NCBI GenBank assembly: GCA_965208575.1
Contig: CBDBOV010000005.1
Location: 256,001-320,000, forward strand
Source: Spirochaetia bacterium
GTDB taxonomy: Bacteria; Spirochaetota; Spirochaetia; SZUA-6; Bin103
Direction: 5' to 3'
Length of the DNA stretch: 64,000 nt
In this document: piece by piece, positions 1 through 9,759 of the stretch
Layout of the letters: the number at the start of each line of letters is the position of its first letter
Position numbering within the stretch: the first letter of the stretch is position 1
The notes under the pieces: model-generated
The model's database searches: none
The model's input: the letters and a program-made list of their open reading frames with translations, nothing else
Told to the model about the DNA's origin: nothing
Position numbers and translations under genes: made by a program

Positions 1-35
1 GATCCACTCACCACAACGATCTTCGGACGTGCCAT
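1..35 (-). CDS. 5' end of a gene running off the window edge (MARPKIVVVSG...)
   Basis: ATG at 35 preceded by GGGAGG RBS on the minus strand; only 11 codons visible. Confidence 0.5.
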   Translation of the reverse strand, partial: MARPKIVVVSG

Positions 36-169
36 GTCTACCTCCCTGTGCGGCCATGCGCCGGAACGGCGACCAGTGTAGCGCAGAGTGCGGCGCCTTG
101 CCGCCACCTCCTGATGCGCGTTGATGCGCGTGATGCGTTTCACGGATGGGCCGTGCCCAGACCCGCGGG

Positions 170-1633
170 TCAGGCGACCGGTGGCCGTCGGTCGGACCAG
201 GGCCGGGCTTCCTCGAGCTGCGAGGCGAGCCGGAACAGCAGGTCCTCGCGGCCGTAGGCGGCGATGAGTTGCACGCCGACCGGAAGCCCCGCGTCGGTCC
301 AGTGCAGCGGCAGGGAGATGGCCGGCTGGCCGGACAGGTTGTAGTGCCCGGTGAAGGTGGCCAGCCCCAGCGGCTTGTCTTCTCCTTCGGCGTCGGACAG
401 GTCCAGCTTGCGCAGACGCCCCGGTGCCACGCCGCCCTCCTTGAACCGGAACGGCAGGGTGGCCAGCGTCGGCGTCACCAGGATGTCGAATCCGCCTGCC
501 CACCACCCGGCCAGCCGACGCACGTAGCAGTGCTGCTCGGCCACGGCCTGCATCAGTTGCACGCCGCTCACGTGGCCGGCCGCGTCCGCCGCGCTCCAGG
601 TGTTCGGTTCCACATCCCCGGCGCCGAACTGGCGCCCGATCAGCGCACCGAGGCGGGACAGTTCGCTGGCCACGTGCACGTACTTGATCGCGTGCATCGT
701 CTCGATCATCGCGCGATCCTCCAGCGGGTCGAGACAAGCCGGGCTGTCGTCCTCCACCTCGTGCCCGAGGTCCGCCAGCAGAGCGATGGTCGACTCGACG
801 GCCGCGGCGCAGGGAGCGTCCCAGCCGCGTTCATGGGTGCGGAGCGTGCGGAAGCCGATGCGCAGGCGGCCCGGAACGACGCCCACTTCGTCGCGCCACG
901 GCCGCACCGGCGGCGGCGCGATGCTGGGATCACCGGGCGCGGGACCGGCGCACGCGTCCAGCACCGCCGCCGAGTCGCGCACCGAGCGGGACAGAACGTG
1001 CTCACACGTCTTCTGGCCGAAGTGCTCGCCGAAGTCGGGTCCGAGCGTGATGCGCCCGCGCGACGGCTTCAGGCCGACCACGCCGCACGCGCTGGCCGGA
1101 ATCCGGATCGAGCCGCCGGAGTCGCCGCCGTGCGCCACCGGCACCAGACCGGCCGCCACCGCCGCCGCCGCGCCGCCGCTGGAGCCGCCGGCCGTGCGCT
1201 CGGTGTCCCACGGGTTGCGGGTCGGCCCATACGCCACCGAGTCGGTGATCGGGCTCAGAGCGAGCTCGGACAGGTTGCTCTTGCCGAGGATGGCAAACCC
1301 GGCGCGCTTGTAGCGTGCCCCGAGGTAGCTGTCGTGGGTGGAGCGGTAGCCCGCCTCCCGAAGCGCCCGCGTGGCCGCGTGGTGCGGTTCGCCCTTGATC
1401 TGGCACAGCGAGTCCTTGACCAGGAACGGCACGCCCCGGAACGGTCCGTCGGGCAACCCGGCGCGGGCCTCCTCGCGCACCCGCTCGAAGCGCCGCAGGA
1501 TCACCGCGTTGAGCTGCGGGTCGAGCCGTTCGATGCGGGCGATGGCGGCGTCGACCAGCTCGACCGCCGCGACCTCCCCGCTGCGCACCAACTCCGCCTG
1601 CGCCGTCGCATCCAGCCAGAGCAGGTCATCCAT
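170..1633 (-). CDS. Amidase signature family protein
   Basis: GPFRGVPFLVKD, GGSSGG and GDSGGSIRIPAS amidase motifs; start placed at MDDLLWLDAT. Confidence 0.93.
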   Translation of the reverse strand: MDDLLWLDATAQAELVRSGEVAAVELVDAAIARIERLDPQLNAVILRRFERVREEARAGLPDGPFRGVPFLVKDSLCQIKGEPHHAATRALREAGYRSTHDSYLGARYKRAGFAILGKSNLSELALSPITDSVAYGPTRNPWDTERTAGGSSGGAAAAVAAGLVPVAHGGDSGGSIRIPASACGVVGLKPSRGRITLGPDFGEHFGQKTCEHVLSRSVRDSAAVLDACAGPAPGDPSIAPPPVRPWRDEVGVVPGRLRIGFRTLRTHERGWDAPCAAAVESTIALLADLGHEVEDDSPACLDPLEDRAMIETMHAIKYVHVASELSRLGALIGRQFGAGDVEPNTWSAADAAGHVSGVQLMQAVAEQHCYVRRLAGWWAGGFDILVTPTLATLPFRFKEGGVAPGRLRKLDLSDAEGEDKPLGLATFTGHYNLSGQPAISLPLHWTDAGLPVGVQLIAAYGREDLLFRLASQLEEARPWSDRRPPVA

Positions 1634-1811
1634 GGTTGCCACACTATAACCGCCGGCCCGCCGCGTCGCCCACGGATTCACGCTCGGTTACACTCGTGGG
1701 TCCGAACGCCAGGAACGGCAGCATTCGCATGGCCGGGATCGACGGCAGACAACTTGCGGGAGCGCACGACGGGCGGCCAACTCCGCACGCGGCCACGGCG
1801 TGGAGGTGGCG

Positions 1812-4223
1812 CTACCGCGACGGTCCGGTGGCGGGAGCTGGTCCGTAGCCGTGGCACATGCGGTGGTGCGCCAGGCACGCGAGAACCAGGTTCTCCGGCT
1901 CCGGGCCGCCCCCCTCGGCAACCGGCAGCAGATGGTGGATCTGTAGCAGGTGGGACGAATTGCAGCGCCGACCGGTGAGCGGGTCCCGATAGCAGCAGCG
2001 CCCCCCGTCGCGCAGCCAGACGTGACGCCGGACAGCCGCTGGAATGGAGCGCCGCGGCGGCGCCCGGCGCGGGCCGAGCGGAACATCGCGGGTGCACCGC
2101 GGCGATGCTCCCCCCGGCGTGCCGCCCGCACCACGCGCAGGCGGCACGCCGCCGACCAACTTCGGCGCCGCAGTCGTTGCCGGCCGGATCGGCGTCGCAT
2201 CAGCGCCGTCGGTGGAGCCGCCGCCGACCAACTTCGGCGCCGCAGTCGTTGCCGGCCGGATCGGCGTCGCATCAGCGCCGTCGGTGGAGCCGCCGCCGGC
2301 CAACTTCGGCGCCGCAGTCGTTGCCGGCCGGATCCGCGTGGCACCAGCGCCGTCAGCGGAGCCGCCGCCGGCGCTCTGCCCCTCCGGCGCCGCAGCAACG
2401 GCGGGCGGGGCCGAAGCAGCGCCGCCTGCGCGGGTGCCAACTGCCCGCGCACCGCCCGCCGGGGCGGCGGGCGCAACGCCGCGCACCCCGGCAGCGTTGG
2501 GGGACGTCGCGGCCCGCGGCTGCTCGCCGGCGCCCGCGACCGCCGCCACGATCGAGGGTGTGCGGGTCCGCTCCCGCCGCGGCGATGCTGCCGCGCCGCC
2601 CGTACGCCCCCGCCTGCCACCGCCGCCACGCGGGTCGTACCGCGCCACCGCCTCGCGCACCAGGCGCGCCACCAGGTCCCCCCACGACATGCGCGGGTCG
2701 ACGTGCGACAGCAGGTTCTTCAGTTGGCGCAGTCCCTGCTCGCACTCCTGGTCGATGCTCACCTTCAACGTGTAGCGGTCCGGCGCCACCGCGCGCAGCG
2801 TGTCGCGCGGCGGCGCCACCTGCGGAGCGGCACTGGCCAGCAGGCCGGCGACCTGGCGCGTGGTCATGCCGACAGCCTGCTCAATCAACTCGCGCTGGCG
2901 CCGCGGGTGCAGCAGCGCGGCGGCCGACACCGGCCCGGCGGACCGCTCCGGGCCGGAACATGGTTCCGGGTTGGAACAAAGTTCCGGGTTCCGATCACCC
3001 CGCAACGGCGCCGGTGCGAGCGCAGCGGTGAGCCGCGGCTCCGATGCGGCCACGACCGGCAACGGTACCGGCTCGGCACCACTCGCCGGCGGCAGCAGTG
3101 GCGCGGCCGGGCCTTGGTACGATGCGGCCACGGCGGCACCGGGAGCGCGCAACGGTGCCGGACAGTCCCAGGCGGCGCCGCTCGACTCCCGCCGCGCCGG
3201 CAGCGCATCGGCATGCCGGGCGCCGAGGTGCTGCGCAGCCGCGTGGCTCGCCACCGGCACCACCGGCGTGGCCGCCGCCTCGTCACCTGCGAGCCCGGGC
3301 CGCGGTACACGCCCCGGCGCCGCAGGCGGTAGCGCGTGCAGCGTGGCGGCCGTCGAAGCCGGTGCAGCGCCCGAGGTGGCGGCACTCGAGTCCAATCGGC
3401 CCCGCGGCTGCGCACCCGCCGCTGCCGGGCGGGCACCGACTGCCTCCAAGTCGTCCAAAGATAGGCTGCAACGGTCGCTCACGGTATGCCGGGCCCCGCG
3501 GCCTCCGGCGGCACCGAGCGACCCCGCCGCCGGTTCGTCCGACGATGGCCTGCAACGGTCGCTCCCGGTTTGCCGGTCCCCGTGGCCTCGGGCGTCACCG
3601 AGCGACCCCGCCGCCGGTTCGTCCGACGATGGGCTGCAACGGTCGTTCCCGGTATGCCGGTCCCCGCGGCCCCCGGCGTCACCGAGCGACCGCGCCTCCT
3701 GGTCGACGGCGGCCACGCCGGGCGGCGCCGATGCCGTCACCGCCGCGGCACCGGCCATCCCCGCTCCCGACGCTTCGGCATCCTGGTCACCCGCTGCGCT
3801 CGGCGCACCAGGCAGCCCGTGCAGATCTTCGCAGCGCTCCGGATCGACGGTCGCGCTCTCTCTCCGGCACGTGCGCTCGGCCGCCCCAAACGCCGTCTCC
3901 AACTGCGCCGCCGACGTCACACTCAGCTCGCCGCTGTGCAGCATGGCCCGCACCCAGCCATGCCGCCGGCACAACCTCATGGTCTGAATACGCCGTTGCG
4001 CGGCCGCGTCGGTGAAGCGCAACTCCCGCACCGCGTAGTCGAACAGGCTCGAGAACCCGCGCCGCAGCGCCAGCCCACGTCGGTCAATCTCGTCGAGATG
4101 GTCCAGGATGTGCACCTCGAGGCCGCGCTCGTTGGCCGCCAGGCGCCTGGTCTGCTCCAGGAGCTGCTGATCACCGAGTGAGCTGAAGGGTCGTCTGGCG
4201 GTCCCGCCGGTCATGTTTGGCAT
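1812..4223 (-). CDS. HNH endonuclease with DUF222-like N-terminal domain and long repeat-rich linker (copy 1)
   Basis: N-terminal LLEQTRRLAANER..HLDEIDRR..GFSSLFDYAVREL; C-terminal IPAAVRRHVWLRDGGRC..C..QIHH..GG..ENL..C..HH HNH domain. Confidence 0.85.
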   Translation of the reverse strand: MPNMTGGTARRPFSSLGDQQLLEQTRRLAANERGLEVHILDHLDEIDRRGLALRRGFSSLFDYAVRELRFTDAAAQRRIQTMRLCRRHGWVRAMLHSGELSVTSAAQLETAFGAAERTCRRESATVDPERCEDLHGLPGAPSAAGDQDAEASGAGMAGAAAVTASAPPGVAAVDQEARSLGDAGGRGDRHTGNDRCSPSSDEPAAGSLGDARGHGDRQTGSDRCRPSSDEPAAGSLGAAGGRGARHTVSDRCSLSLDDLEAVGARPAAAGAQPRGRLDSSAATSGAAPASTAATLHALPPAAPGRVPRPGLAGDEAAATPVVPVASHAAAQHLGARHADALPARRESSGAAWDCPAPLRAPGAAVAASYQGPAAPLLPPASGAEPVPLPVVAASEPRLTAALAPAPLRGDRNPELCSNPEPCSGPERSAGPVSAAALLHPRRQRELIEQAVGMTTRQVAGLLASAAPQVAPPRDTLRAVAPDRYTLKVSIDQECEQGLRQLKNLLSHVDPRMSWGDLVARLVREAVARYDPRGGGGRRGRTGGAAASPRRERTRTPSIVAAVAGAGEQPRAATSPNAAGVRGVAPAAPAGGARAVGTRAGGAASAPPAVAAAPEGQSAGGGSADGAGATRIRPATTAAPKLAGGGSTDGADATPIRPATTAAPKLVGGGSTDGADATPIRPATTAAPKLVGGVPPARGAGGTPGGASPRCTRDVPLGPRRAPPRRSIPAAVRRHVWLRDGGRCCYRDPLTGRRCNSSHLLQIHHLLPVAEGGGPEPENLVLACLAHHRMCHGYGPAPATGPSR
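2149..2364. repeat. 3 x 72-bp in-frame tandem repeat in HNH copy 1 linker
   Basis: Unit ccgccgaccaacttcggcgccgcagtcgttgccggccggatc... recurs at 2149, 2221, 2293. Confidence 0.9.
3452..3692. repeat. ~3 x 84-bp in-frame tandem repeat in HNH copy 1 (SLGDAGGRGDRHTGNDRCSPSSDEPAAG-like)
   Basis: gtccgacgatgg recurs 84 bp apart; three diverged 28-aa units in the translation. Confidence 0.85.
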
Positions 4224-4663
4224 GCCTTAAATATAACACTGACCTGTAGATAGCACTTTCTTTCAGGTCCTCGACCCGGTGCCGGCAGCGCCCGTGGGGC
4301 GCGAATTGGCGGCTCCAGGGGCACGCGGTCGGCCACTTGACGGTCGCAGACCATTGCCGGACTTCAAGGCCCGCCAGCGGCCTTCAGCGGCAGCGGAAAA
4401 GTGCGTCAACCCCTGCGCCCGATTTTCTGCAGTTATTTTGGTGCAGGTCGAACCCCGCGCACCGCGGCACGCAGGGACCCACCCCACGCTGCAAAAGATG
4501 GTCCGACCCGCCCGGCACGTGGGCCTCACGAGACCGGCGCCCGCGGCAGCCCGCCCGGTCCCCCATCTGCTGCCGTGCCGACCGGAGCGGTGGGTTGAGA
4601 CCGGTGCGTGCCGACTTCGTCAACCGCCACCAACGCTTTCGCATTCGCACCGACACACACACG

Positions 4664-4692
4664 TTGCCGTGTACACTACCATCGTGTAGAAT
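4664..4692 (+). promoter_or_regulatory. Sigma70-like promoter, probably leaderless, for the TA operon
   Basis: TTGCCG-N17-TAGAAT followed by 6 nt and the ATG at 4699; no RBS. Confidence 0.65.
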
Positions 4693-4698
4693 GATGCC

Positions 4699-4923
4699 AT
4701 GCGGAACATCACTCTGAGCGCCGACGAGGCGCTGATCCAGGCCGCGCGCAAGCGGGCGAGCGCCGAGAATACCACGTTGAACGGCGCATTTCGCCGCTGG
4801 CTCGCCAGCTATGCACGGCGTGACCGGCAGGCGGCCGACGCGATGGCGCTGATCGACGAGATCAGCAGTTACGCACGCACAGGCGGCCAGAAGTTCAGCC
4901 GGGACGAACTGAACGAGCGGTGA
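4699..4923 (+). CDS. RHH-type antitoxin
   Basis: MRNITLSADEALIQAARKRA ribbon-helix-helix pattern, C-terminal FSRDELNER, overlaps a PIN gene. Confidence 0.8.
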   Translation: MRNITLSADEALIQAARKRASAENTTLNGAFRRWLASYARRDRQAADAMALIDEISSYARTGGQKFSRDELNER

Positions 4924-5360
4924 GCTTCGTCGACTCGAACGTCTTCGTATATCTGTTCGACGAAGCCGATCCGGCAAAGCGGCGTCGCGCCCGGGAGATC
5001 GTGCGACTGTCGCTTTCGCAGAGCTGGGTCGTCAGCTACCAGGTAGTCCAGGAGACGCTCAACGTGATCACGCGCAAACTCAAGACCCCGGTGACGGCAG
5101 ACCATGCCCGCCGTTTCCTGAATGCCGTATTGCTGCCGTTGTGGTCGGTGGCGCCCAGTGCCGAGCTGTACCGCCGCGGTCTGGAAATCCAGTCCCGCTA
5201 CCAGTATGGGTTCTACGACGCACTGATCATCGCCGCCGCGCTCGAAGCATCCTGCACACGGTTGCTCAGCGAGGACATGCGGCACGGCCAGAGGATCGAC
5301 ACGCTGACTATCGAGAATCCGTTTCGGGGTCTACCGCGCAGTGCCGAATCGAATGACTGA
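4920..5360 (+). CDS. vapC: PIN-domain (VapC-like) toxin
   Basis: FVDSNVFVY, QVVQE, FYDALIIAAA, LLSED, NPF motifs. Confidence 0.9.
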   Translation: MSFVDSNVFVYLFDEADPAKRRRAREIVRLSLSQSWVVSYQVVQETLNVITRKLKTPVTADHARRFLNAVLLPLWSVAPSAELYRRGLEIQSRYQYGFYDALIIAAALEASCTRLLSEDMRHGQRIDTLTIENPFRGLPRSAESND

Positions 5361-5681
5361 TCAATCTTGCGCCGAGGTCTCGAGTTGCACTCGACTGCGC
5401 TGCAGCGTGTCCTCGAACGCCGGGTCGCTGCGCAGCCACCGGAAGTCGTACTCCCGGCAGTGGCCGTCGCGGCTCAGGTCGTCCAGGTAGACGGCGGCCA
5501 GCTCACCGCGGGTGCAGCCCTCCGGCAGCGGCTCCCGCGGGGCGCCGCAGAGAAAGGCCAGCAGGTCGTCGAGGTAGCGCAACGCCTCGTTGCGGACTCG
5601 CAATTGCGAGAATGCCAGCAGCAGGTATTGCAGGGTCAGGAGCCGGGTCGGACTCTCGGTCCGGGGCAGGGTATCGGTCAT
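5361..5681 (-). CDS. Hypothetical protein (106 aa)
   Basis: Protein-like composition from MTDTLPR; fills the gap between convergent and divergent neighbours. Confidence 0.5.
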   Translation of the reverse strand: MTDTLPRTESPTRLLTLQYLLLAFSQLRVRNEALRYLDDLLAFLCGAPREPLPEGCTRGELAAVYLDDLSRDGHCREYDFRWLRSDPAFEDTLQRSRVQLETSAQD

Positions 5682-5768
5682 CTTATCGCCCCCTTGACAA
5701 CAAGCTACCCCGGCCGCGCCGGGGCGCCGTGAATGTCCGGTAAACCTTCTGTTAAGGTGCGCTAACTC

Positions 5769-6863
5769 ATGATCGATACCGCGAGACTGCTCGACACGTT
5801 TCTGGCCATTCTGCGCATCGACAGCTACCACCCCAACGAGGATCCGGTGGTCGACGCGCTGCGTTCCAAGCTGCTGCACGCGGGAATGAGCCTTGAGGCC
5901 GACCCGCACCGCAACGTGCTCGGCTATTGGCCGGGATCGGGCGCCAAGGCTGACCACGAGCCGGTCCTGCTGTGCGCTCACACCGATACAGTTCGGCCCA
6001 CGCCCGGCATGGAGCCGGTGATCCGCGACGGAGCCGTGCACACCGACGGGTCGAGCGTGCTCGGGGCGGATGACAAGGCGGCGGTGGCGGCCATGGTGGA
6101 AGCGGTGGAGGCGATAGCCGCCGAGGGCGTTGCCCACCCGCCGGTGGAACTGCTGTTCACAGTCGGCGAGGATGTTGGGCATATCGGCTCGAAGGCGTTC
6201 GACGTAGCTCCGGTGCGCTCGCCGATGGCGTTCATTGCGGACGTCGACGGGCCGGTAGGGGCCGTGATTCTGGCCAGCCCGTGGTCGGAGACGCTGGTGG
6301 TCACCTTCCGCGGCCGCGCCGCGCACGCCGGCACGGAGCCGGAGTCGGGGCGCAGCGCGCTGCAGATGGCGGCGCGCGCCGTCGACCGGATGCGGCTCGG
6401 CCGCGTCGACGCGCACACCACCGCCAACGCCGGCGTGCTTACCGGAGGCGAGGAATCCAACATCGTCCCGGCGCACGCCGAGCTGAAGCTGCAGGTGCGC
6501 AGCCTCGATGAAGGCGCGTTCCGGGCCCACCGGGCGCACCTGCTGGAGTGCTGCCGGCAGGGTGCCGAGGCGTTCGGAGGCAGCGCGGAGGTGGAGTCGG
6601 TCAACTCGACCACCGGCTATCGCTTCGACCGCGACGAGCCGGTGGTGCAGCGGGCGCAGCGCGCGATCCGGGCGGCCGGGCTGACCCCGCGCCTCGCCAC
6701 CTCAGGCGGGACCAGCGACGCCAACGAGTTCAACGCCAAGGGCCTGCCCACGGCGGTCATCTCGGTCGGCTACCGCGACATCCACACCAACCAGGAATCA
6801 ATGCCTCTCGACGAGCTCGAGCGCCTGACCCACGTGTGCCGCGCCCTGATGCTCGGCGCGTGA
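5769..6863 (+). CDS. M20 family metallopeptidase (peptidase T-like)
   Basis: CAHTDTV, LGADDKA, GED, GRAAHAG, GGTSDAN, IHTNQE motifs. Confidence 0.92.
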   Translation: MIDTARLLDTFLAILRIDSYHPNEDPVVDALRSKLLHAGMSLEADPHRNVLGYWPGSGAKADHEPVLLCAHTDTVRPTPGMEPVIRDGAVHTDGSSVLGADDKAAVAAMVEAVEAIAAEGVAHPPVELLFTVGEDVGHIGSKAFDVAPVRSPMAFIADVDGPVGAVILASPWSETLVVTFRGRAAHAGTEPESGRSALQMAARAVDRMRLGRVDAHTTANAGVLTGGEESNIVPAHAELKLQVRSLDEGAFRAHRAHLLECCRQGAEAFGGSAEVESVNSTTGYRFDRDEPVVQRAQRAIRAAGLTPRLATSGGTSDANEFNAKGLPTAVISVGYRDIHTNQESMPLDELERLTHVCRALMLGA

Positions 6864-6907
6864 GGGTACCTTGTCCACTCCAGGGGTAGTGCTTAAACTC
6901 ACTATCG

Positions 6908-7605
6908 ATGTATCCGGCCGAGATGCAGTCAGTATTCGAAGCTGCCGCTCGCCTTCAGGAGTTAGTGCCCGACGCCGTACTGGTCGGAGGCACGGCGGCG
7001 GCTCACCATGCCGCACACCGAATGTCGCTTGGAGACGATCACGTCGTGGCCGACCTGCGGAGTCGCTTCGATGAGATCCTGGCTGATCTCGAGACGACCC
7101 AAGGCTGGATCACCGCCCGCATACAGCGGCCCGTACTGATCCTCGGCCGCCTCGACGGTGTGGAGACGGGCGTGAGGAATCTGATCCGGCGGCGGCCGCT
7201 GGAGGTGGAGCAGGCGCAAGTGGGACTTCGCGCTTTGCGGTGCCGACGCTGGCAGAGATCTGCCGCATCAAGGCGTGGCTCTGTCTGATCCGGAACGCGA
7301 CGCGAGACTATCTCGATTTTGCCGCGCTCGCGGCCCGGCTTGGCGAAGCCGCCACGGTGTCGGTGGTGATCACATTGGACGACTACTACGCCGATCAGAT
7401 CGGTCCCGGTGGCCGGCGGGTTGCCACCCAGGTTGCCAGGCAGCTCGCCGAGCCGCGCCCGGACGATCTGTCGAGTGTCGACCTGACCTCGTACCGCAAG
7501 CTGGACTCGCGCTGGCAGAACTGGCAGACGGTGGCCGACTGGTGCCGCCGAATCGCCGTCGGGGTACTCGATCAGGTAGCCAACGCACCGAAGGGCACTC
7601 CGTGA
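6908..7605 (+). pseudogene. Nucleotidyltransferase-fold (AbiEii-like) toxin, frameshifted at ~7240
   Basis: LVGGTAAAHH..HRMSLGDDH in the first frame; VPTLAEICRIKAW..RNATRDYLD in the second; one extra G at 7239-7240 joins them. Confidence 0.7.
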
Positions 7606-8117
7606 TTCACCGCCACTGCGAGGTGCCGCCGGACCTGCCGGTCGAGGAGTTGCCGGCGGTCGCGATCGCGGACCTCCTGGAGCGCGGCGACCTGCAGGAC
7701 TGGCAGCCGCTGGCCGGAGCCATCCGTCGCGACCCCTGGGGCGGTCTGGCCACCTCGGTGGCGCGCCTTCTCGACGCCTACCCGCGGTACGGCACCTCCC
7801 CGCTGTGGCGCGCCTGGATCGACCGCTGCCGGGCACGCACTCCGAAAGCCTCGCGGGCTGCGCAGGAGGCATCCGACGCTCAGCCGGTCTCTCTCGCCGC
7901 GCTCCGACGCGACCTTGGTCTCACCCAGGCGCAAGTCGCCCGCCGCCTGGGGATGACCCAGTCGGACGTCTCCAAGCTGGAACGGCGGGAGGACGCGCGC
8001 CTGTCCACCCTCCTGGCGTACGCCCGTGCCCTCGGGGGCCGTCTGCTCGTCACGTTCGACGACGGCGAGACGATGCGCGAGATCCGCCTCACGCCGCGAC
8101 CGGAAGAGAAGCGCTAA
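7602..8117 (+). CDS. XRE-family HTH protein with N-terminal extension; probable cognate antitoxin
   Basis: GTG overlaps the upstream TGA; LAALRRDLGLTQAQVARRLGMTQSDVSKLERR HTH. Confidence 0.8.
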   Translation: MIHRHCEVPPDLPVEELPAVAIADLLERGDLQDWQPLAGAIRRDPWGGLATSVARLLDAYPRYGTSPLWRAWIDRCRARTPKASRAAQEASDAQPVSLAALRRDLGLTQAQVARRLGMTQSDVSKLERREDARLSTLLAYARALGGRLLVTFDDGETMREIRLTPRPEEKR

Positions 8118-8175
8118 CACCAGTACAAGCCATTCGGGGATGAGGGCTCGGAGGCGCGGAGATCCTGCCTTCGGG

Positions 8176-9281
8176 TCATGGTGTCCAGACGTGGCCGCGG
8201 CGACGGACTTCGTGCCAGTTGAGGGTGGCGCCGAGGCCGGCACCGGGCGGCAGGTGGAGGCGGCCTTGCTCGATTCGTTCGGCGGGGGTGAGCAGGACGG
8301 CGCGCCAGTCGGCTTCGTCGACGGCGTGTTCCAGGGAGAGCGCGCCCGGCACGGCGGCGGTGGCGTGGGCGCTCGCCAGCAGGGAGACCGGGCCCGACGG
8401 GCTGTGCAGGGAGAACCCGCCGCCGCCACTCCGCCGCAGTGCTTGATGTCCGGCATGATGATGGACACGGCGCCGGTGTCGAGCAGGCGGTCGAAGAAGG
8501 CAGCGCCGTAGCCGGACTCGCCGCCGGCCACCGGCAGCGTCACTTGCGATGCGATCGCCGCCAAGTCGGCTGCCGCGGTACGTGGCTGGACCGGCTCCTC
8601 GAACCAGCCGACGCCGAGCTGCGCCAGTTCGGCGGCGACCGCCGGCGCCGTCTCGGCCGTGAAGCGACTGTGGCAGTCGACCAGCAGGCGGCCCGCGGGG
8701 CCGATCGCATCGCGCGCCGCCCGCACCCGTGCCAACCCGGCGGCGGCCGCGGCCATGATGCGGTCCGGCGGGGATGTGACGGCAACCTCGTCGAACGGGG
8801 CGCACTTGAAGGAGCGGAATCCGGCACGCGCGGCCCGCTCAGCGGCGCGAGCGAAATCCGCCGGCGTTCGGTCGGTGGCGTGCAGGGCGCGGTTGATGTT
8901 GGCATACAGTTCCACGCTCTCGGTCGCATCGGCGCCCAGTGATCGATGCAGGGTCACGCCTGCCCGGGCTGCGTCGAGCTGCGCCACGGCCGTGCGCAGC
9001 GCGCTGACCGCGGTCGCCAGCACCACGTCGCGCCGCAAACGCTCGGGCGGCAGGCCTAGCAGCCGCTCGGCGACCTGCAACTCGCCAGCGGGCTCACGAT
9101 CCCGCAGCATCGCCACCAGCTCGGCGAGCACTTCGACAACCGCCATCGAGCGGTCTCCGAGCGTGATCTCGACCGCCGTGACGGCCCCCTCGCCATCGGC
9201 GAACTCCGCGAATACCCAGGTGGTGCGGGGGGTAGCGGTGACCGCCGCGAACCGACCGACGTACAGCCGGGCGCCGGTCAC
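8176..9281 (-). pseudogene. Mandelate racemase/enolase superfamily enzyme, broken near 8420
   Basis: AGGAG-GTG start; YANINR, DCHSRF, WFEEP, GGES, MPDIKHCGG, then frame switch to FSLHSPSGPV..PGAGLG. Confidence 0.8.
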
Positions 9282-9362
9282 ACTACTCCTCGGCCGACGC
9301 CCGGTTGGCATACCATGAATTCCACCGCTCCGGTCGCTTCCTCCCGTTGCGCCCGTTGCGCC

Positions 9363-9437
9363 GGGTGCGAACGCCGAAAGCGGCAGCAATTATCGACCTA
9401 CCGAAATGATCGCTTGCTGCTTTTCGCGTTCGCACCG
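9363..9437. mobile_element. 75-bp MITE/REPIN-like element made of two inverted GGTGCGAACGC motifs
   Basis: GGGTGCGAACGCCGAAAGCGGCAGC ... TTGCTGCTTTTCGCGTTCGCACCG; flanks GTTGCGCC / GTTGTGCC. Confidence 0.6.
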
Positions 9438-9489
9438 GTTGTGCCCGGCGGCTTGACACCGGTGATACCATAACAGATACCGTTGTACC

Positions 9490-9759
9490 ATGAGAATTAC
9501 CATTGATCGTGCCGGGCGGGTCGTGGTCCCGAAGCAGTTGCGGGACCGGTTCAATCTCGTGGCCGGAACGGAACTGGAGATCGAAGCTGTCGGCGACGGG
9601 TTGCAGCTTCGCAAGGTCGTGAGCGAACCGACGTTGATACGGAAAAAGGGATTCCTGGTTCATCACGGCACGAGTCCTTCCGGAATCGACATCGGTGAAT
9701 TCATCCGCGCCGAACGCGAGGCGCGCATTCGCCACATTGCCTCGGCGGGAACCGACTGA
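9490..9759 (+). CDS. AbrB/MazE/SpoVT-family antitoxin
   Basis: ITIDRAGRVVVPKQLRDRFNL..G..LEI signature. Confidence 0.9.
   Translation: MRITIDRAGRVVVPKQLRDRFNLVAGTELEIEAVGDGLQLRKVVSEPTLIRKKGFLVHHGTSPSGIDIGEFIRAEREARIRHIASAGTD

Noticed and set aside
112-138. Short TGATGCGCG tandem repeat (also GTGCCCGGGA at ~19360)
   Set aside because: Two to three units only; ordinary slippage
1812-4223. IscB, Cas9 or HEARO identity for the HNH proteins
   Set aside because: No RuvC motifs or PLMP-type N-terminus visible; HNH is terminal
9363-9387. dif/Xer site
   Set aside because: Only GGTGCG matches; the XerD arm TTATGTTAAAT is absent
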